Positions 24,062 to 37,518 of a stretch of DNA of 64,000 nucleotides are shown here, in pieces. Both the position numbers and the translations under genes were made by a program. Location: positions 59,123 to 123,122 of the forward strand of contig NMRA01000549.1 of the NCBI GenBank assembly GCA_002633005.1, written 5' to 3'. Source of the DNA: Phoronis australis (Eukaryota; Animalia; Phoronida). Within the stretch, counting starts at the first letter, position 1, and the number at the start of each line of letters is the position of its first letter. The notes under the pieces are model-generated. The model was not told the origin of the DNA, did no database searches, and saw only the letters and a program-made list of their open reading frames with translations.

Positions 24062-25610
24062 AACCTAGATATTGTGCTTGTAAGAATAGAATTGGACAAG
24101 CAACAACAACAAACAAACGATCGCACTCTACAGGGCGCAATTTTCGTCCGATTTTCACGAAATTTGCACACGACGTGTAGATTGGAAAGTACTGGAAGCC
24201 TATTGTTTTTGATCGCATACAAAATAGCGGACGTGGCGGCCATTTTGTATTCGATTTCACAGTCAAATTCTCGTAGAGGCCGCATTTTTCGACGTACATG
24301 GCTGAAAATCAGTACGAATATCCTACAACGCATGTGCTACAACTGTGCAGAAAATCTTTGACTTCCGGTTAAAGATGGCGGGAATATTGGACGTGGCGCA
24401 TGCGCACCCCGAAATATGGCTAAAAACGTTTTCTCCTGTAGAGGGCGCATTTGCAAACCAATCACTTTCAAACTGGTCACGTGTTTGTTGAGTTTAATAA
24501 GCTTTTATAAAAAATTATTGAGCCGGAAGTCACTTTCAAGATGGCGGCTGTGGCGCATGTTCACACGATTTCAATCGCTCTGGTGTCGCATTTTTAACGG
24601 GAAGAGTAAATGACGTGAATTTTTGCATGTGGATTTCTTGAAGTATGGCCTTTCAAAAAGTCTGCAAGAGCGTATTTATCAGACTTACCGTTTTCGTGTT
24701 ATTTGACTTTGAATTTCAAAAAAACGGCAAATTTTCAATTTTCTCGAAAAAATTTTTGATTTTTGCCAAACTACCACTTTAGATAGAATTTGGAACGGGC
24801 TTTCAGAGGATTCCATTTTGCGCTACGACGTCTACTTTTCGAATTATTTGAGATTTTTGGATACCGTTTTTCCTTCGTTCACCTAAATGCAAGCACGCAG
24901 CTGGCTGGCTTTCAGTTCACTTTGTTTTGATTATGCCTAGTTGACCAAGACTGACCCAGCCAGCACTGTTCTACTGTAGACTGGACCGTCATGTTGCGCC
25001 ATCTATTGTTCTTTATTGTAGTTGATTGTGTGCTCTATATTTGATTTCTTCACTAGTCACATGAATGTTATCGTGTTTGCCAAACTACCATTTTAGATAG
25101 AGTTTTGAACGGGCTTTCAGAAGATATTTTCCATTTTGCGCTACAACGTCTACTTTTTGAATTATTCGAGATTTTCGGATACCGTTGTTCCTATGCAAGC
25201 GCGAGGTGGCTGGCTTTCAGTTCACTTTGTTTAGGTTATGCCTAGTTGACCCAGACTGACCCAGCCAGCACTGTTCTACTGTAGACTGGACCGTCATGTT
25301 GCGCCATCTATTGTTCTCTATTGTAGTTGATTGTATGCTCTATATTTGATTTCTTCGCTAGTCACATGATTCTTTATTGTAGTTCATTATATGCTCTCTA
25401 TTTGATTTCTTCGCTAGTCACAAGAATGTTATCGTGTTATTCATAATTGCCGCCTTGATCGTCTTTGATTTCTTCGCTAGTCACATGAATGTTATCGTGT
25501 TATCGTGTTATTCATAATTAACGCCTTGATCGTCTTGATTGCCGTCGTCTCCCTCATCGTCGTCTTTTCGATTATTTCCGCCAAGTGTCGCTCCTTCGAG
25601 CGCTCTCGTG
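24062..25610 (+). mobile_element. HINE-like element, copy 2, with intact 3' terminus
   Basis: Homologous to 866-1900. (caa)n microsatellite near the start and internal ~300-bp tandem repeats. 3' subTIR ttccgccaagt (25576-25586), then hairpin cgctc-cttc-gagcg (25589-25602), then ctcgtg and a T-run. Confidence 0.75.
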
Positions 25611-25669
25611 TTTTTGTTTGTCAGCTTTTAGACAATTGGTCCCTTGTCAATAAAATTTTCTCCGATGTC

Positions 25670-26144
25670 CAACATCAAGAAGATTGACTGCGCATTTTTC
25701 CTCCTTGCCGGAAGACACTATTGAACAAGCTCAAACGAGCCCATTATGTTGCCGTGCTCTGAGGCCAAGTGGATTCTGCCGATCCGGAAAACGGTTTGGA
25801 TCCTCTTACCTATGGTTGGAAGGTACAAGATGGATACTACATTCCCAAATGGTTTTGTGGGTCTGCCGTTCCTGATGTCCTTTTTGAAGGTGATGGTCTT
25901 TTACAAGAAAACCAAGCCGATCAAGAGGTAAAGAAAATGGGCTATGACGAAACAAGCGAGCCCGAATCAAGCTGGAGTAGCAGTGACGAATCTAATATTG
26001 AAACGTATTAAANTTTTTGAAGGTGCTGGTCTTTTACAAGAAAACCAAGCCGATCAAGAGGTAAAGGAAATGGGCTATGACGAAACAAGCAAGCCCGAAT
26101 CAAGCTGGAGTAGCAGTGACGAATCTGATATTGAAACGTATTAA
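25670..26144 (+). mobile_element. Decayed DNA-transposon ORF C-terminal fragment (Academ/XPG-type, tentative)
   Basis: Frameshifted reading PCRKTLLNKLKRAHYVAVL...DPLTYGWKVQDGYYIPKWF...VPD resembles the LPPC..L..H..RA.Y...W...P...GW...P.W motif of XPG-like transposon proteins. Acidic tail follows. Confidence 0.4.
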
Positions 26145-26654
26145 AAACTAACAGGAAACTACTGTTGACATTAAACATACATTATGTAGCTTGATGTTCT
26201 TGTCGATACAGTGATTTTGACTTGCTGTTACTATGCTGTTTGAAAGTGTTGCTCTATTTCATGTACTTTATTTTGATTAAAGAAGGTTTTTGAAAACACG
26301 TTTGTTACTTTTCTTTCAACGTATTGTTTAGTAGTCAATGAGATGAAAGGACTCCTTGGAAATAATTTTCGTGGTTCCTCGATCTAGCGCAAATTTAGGG
26401 GCCATGTGTTGTCGCTGACGTATCCTTTCTGCTGGCAGTTTTGATAGCGTTTTATATTTTACACAATCTGTGTTCTTAAACTTCACTGATTGGGTTGGTT
26501 TTAGACAGTTCCTGGTATCCCAACGTTTTACTGTTATCAGGTACTTTCCAAAATGCTTACTCTCCGCCATCATCCATTTAACATCCAGTGTGAGAGCTCA
26601 GTAGACGCAAAAGCATAAGCTCATTATGTCATATATATTCAAAATTACTGACCG

Positions 26655-27427
26655 GTAGTTGAGATTTCTGGGGTTGGCGAGCACAACCCACACTGGGTTT
26701 TAACTGTCATAGCGTATTTGGTAACCAGTAACATCTATTTGAATCACATGGAATTGTTTATTGTGGTACCCCGAATGATGACCTAGCTTCTTTTACGGTG
26801 TAACTTAGTTTCTGGCGAACACCTTCCAGAGCACAATTTGTTGTCTGTTATGGGTCATCTGGTGGATTATTGGTTTTAAGTCAGTTTTAGCCGGTACCTC
26901 GGGTATCTAATGTACCTCAAAGTTTTGATAGCATATATTGTGGTTGAGATTTTTGGGGGTTTCTTCCAGGCACAATCCAGAGAGTATTTTGTCTGTCATA
27001 GTGACCTGTGACATGTGTTGAACCTCATGGAATTGGTTTTGTGAGGTACCTCAAATGTATAAGCTAGCTCATTTTTTGGGGGGAGGTCCTTTTTGGTTTC
27101 TGCTGGACCCATTCCAGAGTGCAATTCGTCTGTCATGGGTCATTTGGAGTTCAGTGTGGTACTATTGCTTGTTTAAAATCAGTTTTGGCCCGTACTTCGA
27201 AAATCTAGTTTAGCTCAAATTTTTTATGGCATACCATGGTTGAGATTTTTGGGCGTTTCTGCCGGGCACAACCCAGAGTATATTTTGTCTGTCATAGGGG
27301 TTTTAGTGATCTCTGACATGTATTGAATCACAAGGAATTGGTTTTGTGTGTTACCTCGAATGTATGTGCTAGCTCATTTTGGGGGGTCCTTTTTGGTTTC
27401 TGCCGGACCCATTCCAGAGTGCAATTT
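26655..27427. repeat. Satellite-like tandem repeat, ~290-bp period (~145-bp subunits)
   Basis: gttgagattt...gcacaa(c/t)cca...tgtcata recurs at ~26658, 26943 and 27239. The array is truncated by the N at 27428. Confidence 0.75.
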
Positions 27428-29510
27428 NAATTTTCACCAATGGAGCGAACACAGGAAGTGGAATATAGCAATTATTTTTTCTGAAGGATAAACGTATCTT
27501 CTGTCTAGAGGTAAATAGTGCCACATCTTCTTAGAATATAATTTGCTATGTAATAATGAGCTTAATGAGCTTACATTTCCGTAACGACCACTACACCTGC
27601 CGCCGTGCGCCGAGCTGATGGTGTTCACATGAAACCGCAGTTGCCACGAAACCGGGCATCGCACGATTAATTTCCACACTTAAACACAATGTACTAAAAT
27701 CGGACCATTCAAGACATACTGAACGAACATGTGTTAAGTTTCTTGGTAATGAACAAGTTTGGCTGGGTATTCACATGAATTAGTGCGTTGTGTATCTACG
27801 TATTGAGTGAAGCATCGCTGGCGATTAGGGGCACAGTAATCGCGTTACATAGACTCAAATGCTTGCAGATAGTGCACAGTTTTTATCCGTCCGTTCCATG
27901 GAACTTTATTTGTCTTAATTTAGACGGTTCTCGGACTAACGTGAGACCCAAAAATATCTTTAATTAGCCTGTTTCCTGATTTTTTTTCACACCTAAATTA
28001 AGACCGAAATTCAGAATGCTCTGGAATTAACTTATAATTGGACTTTCGGTGTAAGTGACACAAATTTGCAACTGATCAGTGTTGACTGTTGAAGAACAAA
28101 TTTTTTGTTGGTATTTTTCACAATCTAATGCCATGAATAATGTTAGCCAATACTCAGCTCTGAAACGGGGCTGAAGAGCAATCGGAGAGTTTTCACAAAT
28201 TTGTGAAATGGACACAAATCAAAAGAATGAGAGAAAAATATTTGATTGTTCTAGTTTTAACCACATTGAATTCCCGTGACATATTTAGAAAACCTTTGTT
28301 ACCTTCCTCTGACAACGACAAATCGATTCGTCTGCCACCTTGCAAGCTCAGTTTTTGATGTCATGAAGTGACCCCAATGTCAGCCAATGAACTAATGAAT
28401 GCTTTAGTTCACCAGCTCACCACTAGGTAAAAAATGAAAATTGCGAAGTGACGAGGGAATGGTAACAAATCAATTTCATCGAGTGAATAGCTTCTTTCAA
28501 AGGGCTTGGTTTCCGTGCATTTATATTCGCCGCATTACTTCTGCAGATATATTAATATTATTTCACGTGATCGCAATTTCGATATGTGCACGCATAGATT
28601 ATAGACAACAGGTTTGCAACCCCGACACTTTCAGGTGGCCCCGCCGTTTAAACATAGCAAACTCAGCTTCCGGTTAGTGTATTGTGACGGGAAATTCTTG
28701 CATCTATTTTACTGTCCAGAACAACGAAAAAAATAATTTCTGCGTTGGTGATATTTCCACAGACTAAGACTCAAGATTTCAGCAACACCGATTCGATTTG
28801 ATTGCTACAGTTCGTCATTTGCAGATTTACTTGACAGATGTTGCGGGGTGGAAAATGGGGAACCGTCCATTTAGATTATATATATCAATATCTGTTACAA
28901 ATCAAATACGTTACAAAATACATTAAGGAAGGTAGGCGCTCTGTTTGTTTTTTCCATGTTGTTTTTTTAAAATGTGTCAACTTTGATTATGACCCACAAC
29001 TTAAGAAATTACAAAGAAAAATGTTTTTGAAAGACTATTATTTTCTTAATGAAAAATATTCAAATTTTCTCAAAAAGCTCTTCTTTCCTGAAGGTTTTTC
29101 TAAAAAATGCTGTCATAGATTTCAAATTCTTCCAATAGTCGTATTTATATCACCAATACACAGTAATGACCATAAAGCCATCATCATATTCTGTTTTTTA
29201 TACTTTGTTTTTGAGATTTGGCAAATTCACAACTTTCAGTCAAAATTCCAACTTCATATACATTTAAAATAAGTTATGATAATTCAAATAAATTCTATGT
29301 CACGGATTTCAAGTTCTTCAAAAGATAACTGGGAAATATACATGAGAGTATTGCTACTACTGTGAAATAATGAATTGAGATAAACGTGTTTAAAGTTTTG
29401 CAATTATATGCTACTCTTGGTCAACTTTCTCTGAAAATCTATGCATATAATGTTCCAGTTTTATTGAACATAGTGAAAGGACACCAGAGGGCACTTTCTA
29501 TAAACAAAAA

Positions 29511-29747
29511 TCAATTGCAGGCGGTCTGATACACGTTGTACCAGACTTGCGCAGGCCTGGCATGTGGACTAATTGCACAAATCACCTGGAAATTTTTTTT
29601 GCTTTATTAATATATGGTTAAAACCGAGCTGAGGAGCTAGAAACCTGTCTCAAGGGTTTAGCAGTGTGACCTGGTGGCACTCGAACCCACGACCTCGAGT
29701 AAAGAAAGGGGGCACTTATCAACCAGGCAACACTGCTCCTCTTCTAA
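29511..29747 (-). mobile_element. tRNA-derived SINE, copy 1
   Basis: Pol III A/B-box-like head on the - strand (TGCCTGGTTGA ... GGTTCGAGTGCC). Near-identical to 33391-33618. Flanking direct repeat cactttctataa(a)caaaa at 29492 and 29748. Confidence 0.8.
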
Positions 29748-31218
29748 CACTTTCTATAACAAAATGGCCAACTTTTCAGTTGGTGTATTACAAACAGTTG
29801 AGTTTTTTTCTTAAAATGTGATGGCTTCTCAGATCTAAATCAAATATGTCTGCTTGGTCTATCGTGCATTTTTCGAAAACGGGATTTTGAGTGGTGGTGT
29901 GATAAATGTCCAATTTGTGGTCTAAGCTCCCAGATTCTCACCGTGAGCTACCCTTCAAGTCTGAAGAGCAACCTCATAGAGAAAGGAATTTCCAGAGATG
30001 TGGCAAAATGACAAAATGTACTTTTCAAGTGAATTTCATTTTGTGAAGAATATCTAAATGAATAATCAAAGTTTTAGACAAAATATAAATTCATAAACTG
30101 TCAAAAATCTAAAATTCAATTTATGCACCCTCCTTAACTGAACAAGTTTTTTTGTTTAAAATCAGTTGTCTTATATGAAATACGTTATCTGTGTTCTTAC
30201 AAAGTAGATCACTCCCACATCGCTGTCAGAAATTAGACGAACCCTTTGAAACTGTCATTTGTTTCCCGATTTATTATAGAGTTTGCCACTAAGACAGGCA
30301 ATGTGCTGGGCGTGTGCATAATTATTGCACAATACATACGTTGACAAACTTAGCGACATCCTTCTTCTCTTTCTCTCGGGTGAACAAATTAAGTCACAAC
30401 ACCGTCAACCGTTATTTAATCTAACAATAGGCAAGAAATCGTTAGGAGTCGCTAATGGTAATCACTAGCTATTAACTTTTCTTGTTCCATAAATAGTATC
30501 AAAAAACGAGTTAAACACGTATTTAAGGATTGTATCTATTTTAATACTCGTCAAACACTAAACTTCGAGTCCAGTGTACCCAGCTGGTAAACGAATTCAT
30601 GATTTTAATCGTGATTATGTGTTAATTCGGTATTGGTATCATGTCAACATTCCACAATCTGAATTCACGTGTACAGTACTTTACAAAATGAATTGGACAT
30701 ATTTAATTCAATCATGGGACTCCTTCTAATCATGACGAACTTTTGCCAGACTTATTTACCAGTTTATGAATTGCCTTCCACGAAGTTGTCCCGACTTCGG
30801 CCCGATTTAGTCGCAGTTTGGCCTGTCCGAGCTTGTTGCATTTCATCGTTGTTTGGTTCATTTTGAAAAGTACTGCACTTCGGGTGCATAAACGTAGCAT
30901 GCATGTGTTTGTAAATGTATGAACAAACCTGTAGGTCTACAGATATGTATGAATCGCGGAAACTGACTAAATATTTTGATAATCATTTTCATTATTTCAT
31001 TGTTGTTATTAGTACTACTGTATCATTATCGCTATCACCATGATTAGTAACTGCTGTTTTGTATTGTCACTGACACAAATCATGTTAATTTTTATTTCTA
31101 CGTTATGTATCATAACATGCACTTGGACTACTTTACTCAAAGTGACTAAACGAAGGAAAACAAACATGCAAAATATAACGATGTAACATTGGCTTGCATA
31201 ACCTTTTCTCGTTGGTAG

Positions 31219-31333
31219 AATTGTGGGAAGCTGGATGTGTCAATCAAGTTTGTTCCTCAAAAAGAACGCTTGGCAATCACGGTGAACAAAGCCACGGGTT
31301 TGCAACGTCACATCTTGACTGGAGCGGCGCCTG
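31219..31333 (+). CDS. Synaptotagmin-like gene, exon encoding start of C2B domain
   Basis: ag|NCGKLDVSIKFVPQKERLAITVNKATGLQRHILTGAAP|gtgagt. 115 nt, phase 0 to 1; splices to 37519 to give ...GAAPDSYVKI, the canonical C2 'PD.YVK'. Not in the ORF track. Confidence 0.85.
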
Positions 31334-31734
31334 GTGAGTAATAGATCTAGCTTGTTGCTTTGGTCTCTGTGATCGTAGAGCACAAGTCAAAAAATTCGTT
31401 CGAAGTGGTGGTGCCTATCTAAGTACTCCGCATTTCTAGGGATTTCCAAAATACCTTAGATGTGTCAGTGCCTTTTTGCCACGAGCTGTGGTAAGGTACT
31501 CGTTTTGGTCGCTCTTACGTTTTTATTCTTCCGATGTTAGACCAGCTTGGACATTTTTCTGCTGTCCTACGTCACTTTAAATCCATTAATTTGAATACCC
31601 CAAACGCGTTGTTTCACGAGAATTATCCGTTACTATCTACACATAGGAGCGCTTGTCTCTACTAACAAATAATGGTTGGATAGTGGCACTCGGGATTTTA
31701 TGAACTGGGGATATCGTCTGAGCAAGTACATTGT

Positions 31735-31820
31735 ACTGAGGGCCCCCATGGAAAGCGTTGTGAACTGATGGGGCTACCCTCATTGTAAATATTACATTAA
31801 TGAATAAATAAATAAATAAA
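31735..31820 (+). mobile_element. Isolated CR1/L2-type LINE 3' tail (stem-loop + (TAAA)n)
   Basis: Almost identical to the reverse complement of 55254-55333, which is the 3' end of an RT-encoding LINE fragment. Confidence 0.7.
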
Positions 31821-32599
31821 CTGTTGGTCTTGACCACTTCTACTTTTTAGAATACAGTGTATTCTACAAACTGTATACAATATCGTGTTTCAAATTCACT
31901 TTGTAATTATAATAACGTTAGTAAATACATAGAGACATATTAACGACTGTTGGAGTAGCGCCCAAAAACGAAAGCGCTAATGGTGGTCAGTGGTAATGGT
32001 GGTGGTGGCATTAACCGTTGTAGTGACAATGATAATTACTACGACAAAGAAACATATAGCCTCGTACAGTAATATAATGCCGCGACAAGTCAGTTTGTAA
32101 AACTAATAAATCTCGAATTACTCGAAAACGGTCATCCGTATAGCTAGAAACAGATAACAATATCCAAAATGTACTTGAAGAGATATGTTCTCGTGCAAAA
32201 GCATCCGCCGTAGGATGATGAAGTTGTGGAAAAAAATATCGAAAAATAACCGCCAGAACACCTACTTGAGTCTGATTACAATCAAAACGAACATACCGTG
32301 AATTACTGACGGCATAAATAATGTTTGTAAATTTCATATCAATTGAACAAAAACGGGGTCTATAACAAAGGTCAAACTACAAGAAACGCATAACTCGAGA
32401 ACCGTAAGCCTAAGCGAGGAACAGTTAAACGTGCCAGACAACCCGCGACAAGATCTGTTCACCTGCAAAGTTTCAGAAAGATGTCTCGACGGACGCTTGA
32501 GCTGTGACTCTGTGAAAGCAAAGACTAAAAATGGCCGCCGCGGCTCCACTTTGCTTCCAAATTCAAACAAAAGCAAACAGCCACGAGTTAAATACATGA

Positions 32600-32760
32600 C
32601 TTCTTTTCAATCGGACAAAAAGTACATCAGAAAAACATGAATATACGAGAATGGTATGTTGCAAAGGGAGACGATGACACGATACGGATAGATCTTGACG
32701 AGATCTATGTACATGTCAAGTTTCAAAAAGATTCATCAAGGAACCGCGGAGCTAGAGCTC
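32600..32760 (+). pseudogene. Possible decayed NLR/NACHT pre-domain fragment
   Basis: KKYIRKT*/IREWYVAKGDDDTIRIDLDEIYVHVKF resembles the 'LDEIYV.L' segment preceding invertebrate NACHT domains. No Walker A follows. Confidence 0.25.
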
Positions 32761-32850
32761 TGCAAAGCAAAATCTCGAAATATGGCCACCACAGAGATAT
32801 CTTGGGTGCAAGTCCACCAAAAGACTTTGAGCCATTGACGAGACACATGT

Positions 32851-32852
32851 TG

Positions 32853-32890
<38 letters not shown>

Positions 32891-32922
32891 CGTGCGTGTG
32901 TGTNTGCGTGCGTGTGCGTGTG
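32851..32922. repeat. (TG)n/(TGCG)n microsatellite
   Basis: Directly visible; contains one N. Confidence 0.95.
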
Positions 32923-33390
32923 AATATCATGTCTAGAAATGCGACCCGTGGCATGCAAACAATAACCACAAACTTGTTAGTTTGCAATGTTTTGTAATTT
33001 CCATAAATGAAACACTTGAAAGTCTCAAAACCCGTTAGGATGGGAGAAAAGAATGATATTGTTCATTTAATATAGTATTTCTTAGAGAATGCATAGGCTG
33101 ATCTTTGTAATGTTTGTTCAATTCAATTCGAAGGCACTTCCTGATCAAACTCAACATACATGTGCAACAATGCGCCCACGAATGTAAACTTAATGTAAAG
33201 CTCAAAAAATGCGTACGATCATTATGAACATCGAAATAAAAATTCATCGCATACCTAATGTGACCTCCGTCACAAACATTCTGTCAGGCAGATTCGACCA
33301 CTGTGGTGGCCATTTTTTTCTCGGCGAGGAGCTTTTCAAGTGCTGTCTTGGGAAGAAGAGGGCTTCCGATGGACCACCGTAGCACACCTT

Positions 33391-33618
33391 TTTTATTTGC
33401 AGGCGGTCTGATACACGTTTTACCAGAGGGGCGCATGTGGGCCCATTGCACTGATCACCTGGAAATATTTTTATACTTTATTAACATATGGTTAAAACCG
33501 AGCTGAGGAGCTAGAAACCTGGCTCAAGGGTTTAGCAGTGTGACCTGGTGGGACTCGAACCCACGACCTCGAGTAAAGAAAGCGGGCATTTATCAACCAG
33601 GCCACACTGCCTCCTCTA
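33391..33618 (-). mobile_element. tRNA-derived SINE, copy 2, with 12-bp TSD
   Basis: TSD gtagcacacctt (33379-33390, 33619-33630). A box TGGCCTGGTTGA and B box GGTTCGAGTCC on the - strand. Sits inside another diverged repeat (~33250-34150). Confidence 0.85.
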
Positions 33619-36600
33619 GTAGCACACCTTAATGGCCATTTAGTTTCGACATGAGGGTTTTTAAGTGTTGTTTGGGGAAGAGCGTTTCTGGGCGATAGCA
33701 AAAGGACCGACTGACGGATTTCGTTAAAATTTGACACAGATGAATACGATGTCAATGTGGCTTCGCCATTTTAGTTTTGAACGGATTCGACCACTGCAGC
33801 ACCTCCTAGTGATTAGTTTGGGAAGAACGTTTCCGGATGATGTCTATTGAACCCATAGAGGGATTTTAATGAAGCTTGGCACAGAGGTATGTGATGTCAA
33901 TCTTCCATCACCCTTAACTTTTTGCGTGGATTCGATAACTTTAGGACCTCCTAGTGGCCATTTTGTACTCAAAAAATTAGCACGTGTTGTTAAAATTTTG
34001 CTCAGTGGTATATGATGACAATGCGCCGGCAATATTTGTTTTTTGGGCTGTTTCGACTACTACAGCACCTAATGGTGGCCCGTAGAATCATACCCCATGC
34101 AATGTACTGTGAGCGCATGTCATCGCCCCAGCTTTGCTGTAGTTAATGAACCGGGGACAAATCAAGTATGGCTAAAAGAACAATTGAGTGCCACCATAAG
34201 TTTCATAAGGCGCAGTATAGTGAAAAATGAGGGTTTTAGAAGCTTTCAAGTGCGATTTTGATTACAAAATGGTCACCACTTCCGCCATTTTGAATCTGTT
34301 CATGACGGAAGACAATCACACCTTGAGCTTTTTACGAGATACTTGTTGCGTGTTAATGTCGTATCGATCGGACGAAAACTTACTGTTACTTGTAGTACAA
34401 ACAGGCTTAAACTAACATCACGGCAAAGCAACCTATTTGTCAAACGGCATTCAGATAAGTAATTACTGCAGCAAAGAACGTACCATGTCCTCTTGCGTTC
34501 TGTCTGAGGTTCGTCTATGAAATTTTTGTGACTTTCAACTCAACGTTTTTGTTTGTTTTGTGCCTAAGGACCATAGGTCTGTTTTTGGTATGCAAATAAG
34601 GACAGAAATTTGATCTTACGCCCCATTTAACAATTGCTCAATAAATATTTAGCCAAGTAATCTGTACCGTATTATAGTCTAGAAATATATGTAATATATA
34701 GAACTGTTCTCGATAACTAGCAGTTTTGCGTATATTCTCATTCTTAGAGACCGCACTTTCACTCAAATGAAATTTAATTATTTCCAGTAATACATGTACC
34801 TTTGTGGAGCGTAAGACCAAATTTTTGACTGAAGTCTTTTTCGCGGAACAAATCCCACTCCGTAACGCAAGAATTTTGCGTTGGAAGGTGGTGTGATCAC
34901 GTGCTTCACATGTAATACGTGGCGATATCTCGGGACGTCTTGCGTGATCTTGCACTTTCGCGAGCGTCTCGCGTCTACGGAACGTACGCCACTCATCCAG
35001 CTCCATTCACAGTTTTACAGAGTGCACAAACCCTGAAAATATGAATTGTGTGACAGTCTGAAGACTTCTCAAACCTTGCACAAAATCCACTTAAACTGAT
35101 TCCTTAATTAGTATTGCGTGTTTTACCGTTACTTAAAAAATATAATAGTTTCGCCACAAAACTCCCATTCTGTTGCGATTACAATGCAGTTAGGTTTATT
35201 TATTTCTTTGTTTAATTATTGAAGTGGTTATTCCGTTGATTTCTTACGTCATCGTAGCCAACAATCTACAAACATTACGCATTAAGCTCATGTACTGTTA
35301 GTAGTTTGAAAACGATGTTTCGTCTTCAAGACTCAAAATCATCTCATGCCAAAGTTATTGCTTTTTTTCTGTCTTTCCATATTATAAACCGTCACGTAAT
35401 ACAATATCTGTGTGGAATTCCAAGCCAGTCAACTTGATATCCGTCCAAGTAACTCGTTTGAGCGTTAAATGTTGCCCTGCGTGGCGTATATTTTTATAAC
35501 GCTTTGGTCCGGCGCTTTGCACCTGAAGAAGTATTTGTATATCATGTCGCTGCTCTACGCTTGGTTCATTAGTTCACAATGCTCCAGTTAAATACGGTAT
35601 CAACCTTTCGTTAACACAAACGTTATTAAAACACGGCTGTATTTGATAGACACTCGCATTCTCTGTACAGTTCGCGATAATTAGTGCTGGGTTGCATAAA
35701 ACTTCATAATTATCCGCTAGATAAGTTTGATTGTTACATGACGTCAGGTGGATTGTTCAACAATAACAACTTGACGCGTGATAATCCGACGTCATTGTTG
35801 CTATACGGCATATAACTTTTATGAAACAGGGTCCAGGTGTACATTTATGAAGTAATTAAATTGCCAATAAACATGCATGACAAACAAACAAATTAAAACA
35901 GCAGCTATACTTTGAGAGCACGCCTCATCAACAGGCACACAGTAATAAAAATGAACTGATGCAAGAAACGAAATCAACAGTGACAGCAGGTAAATAAGCG
36001 TACATGTACAACAGTGAGTGAGAATACAATATTAATGGGTAAATGAGACCTAAGAAAAATGTCCAATTGTGACCAAATTTGTATTACAATACAGGTATAG
36101 TAAAAACGAGAGAAGTTACAAACTAGAAGACTATAAGTTAAATAACAATAACGTTTCGAGCCTGCAGCTCAGGCCCGCTTGATCACATGACTTGTCTGCC
36201 TACCGTTGTTGAACCGGAAGTAACACCTTGTCGTAAATGGGAGGAAGTTGTATTCCCTAGTCAAGGTTATGAGTGGGGGGTTGCACCGTTTAATGTAAAT
36301 GGCCTTTTTGATCTTTCAGGAATGCCAGTGTTCATCCCTGCATAGAACTCTAGTATTGTAGATATTGATGGTGTGACTAGATGAAACTAAGTCGTGGTCG
36401 ATAGCAGTGAAATTATCCAGTACGTCTTGTGTTCAGCAAAGCGAGTGCCGAGAGCACGTTTGGTCCCACTGGATGTGATAAACAGCACACGACTGGTTCT
36501 CAAGTGGGGTGACGTCCTTAGGTTTAGCCATACAAGTACTCGAGTAACTGAAAAATACTAGCTGTCACCGTCATGAACCTCCTGAAAGTTCTGATATGAT

Positions 36601-37518
36601 GCCGGATGTACACTTCTGGATCATCGTCGTGCGTCAATGCCGATTTTTCGCGTTTGCGACTTTGGAGTTCATTTCAATTTTTGAACATCGATTTCTCGGT
36701 GATGCGTGAACGGATTCCTATGAAATTTCGAATACTTGATATTTGAGACCTTCTAAAGGAGACCGATTCTCAAAATCTTGATTTAGGTCCTAGTTTTTTG
36801 GAACGAAGCCTTCAAAAATCAAGAGTGCGACCATTTTTGTTTAAACTCTCTAAAAAGTAGATATTGATTAAAAAACTTATTTAAAAAATCTGAGAAACGG
36901 TTCCCTCGAAAATGCCATTATCAAGATGATGACAAACGACCAATATGATTTGAGGAACAATATTTTAGATCTCTGTTCAAAGTAAAAAATACCAAAAAAC
37001 GCGTATCTCGTAAAAAAAGACAAGTAAATAAGAGTAATAAATTTTGTTAGGAAATTTATTCACCATTCAGAAAGTGTACACTATACTTTGTAGGGGTTAC
37101 AGTTAACAGACTTCAAGATATTTACAACATAAGTACAACCTGGTAAACAAGGTACACAGTTACCTTAAAGTCGCACGCGTTAACGTGTAAAACCCGAACG
37201 CGCTAACAACTAACAGACTTAGAATTCCGTATAACTGAGCTTGCACGCATGTATTTTTTCTAAAGCCCCCACCCTACACACTACTCTTGGTGGCGATAGT
37301 ATATTGCGTGTAGAAATGGCGAGTTGTAACTGCCGCCGACATAGTTATTCTATTTTTGACGTCTTGTCGACAGTGTCCTAGGGTACCGTAAACACTTGAC
37401 AATTACAATGACCTATCACGCTAGTCATCTAAAAATAATGAAAAGTTCTTCAGTTATGTTGCTGATGTCACATCGGTCAATATATTTCTACAAGCTAACT
37501 ATAGTAATTTGTTTTCAG

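Noticed and set aside
25881-26146. 133-bp tandem duplication of an acidic coding tail
   Set aside because: Straddles a single N (26013); likely an assembly artefact.
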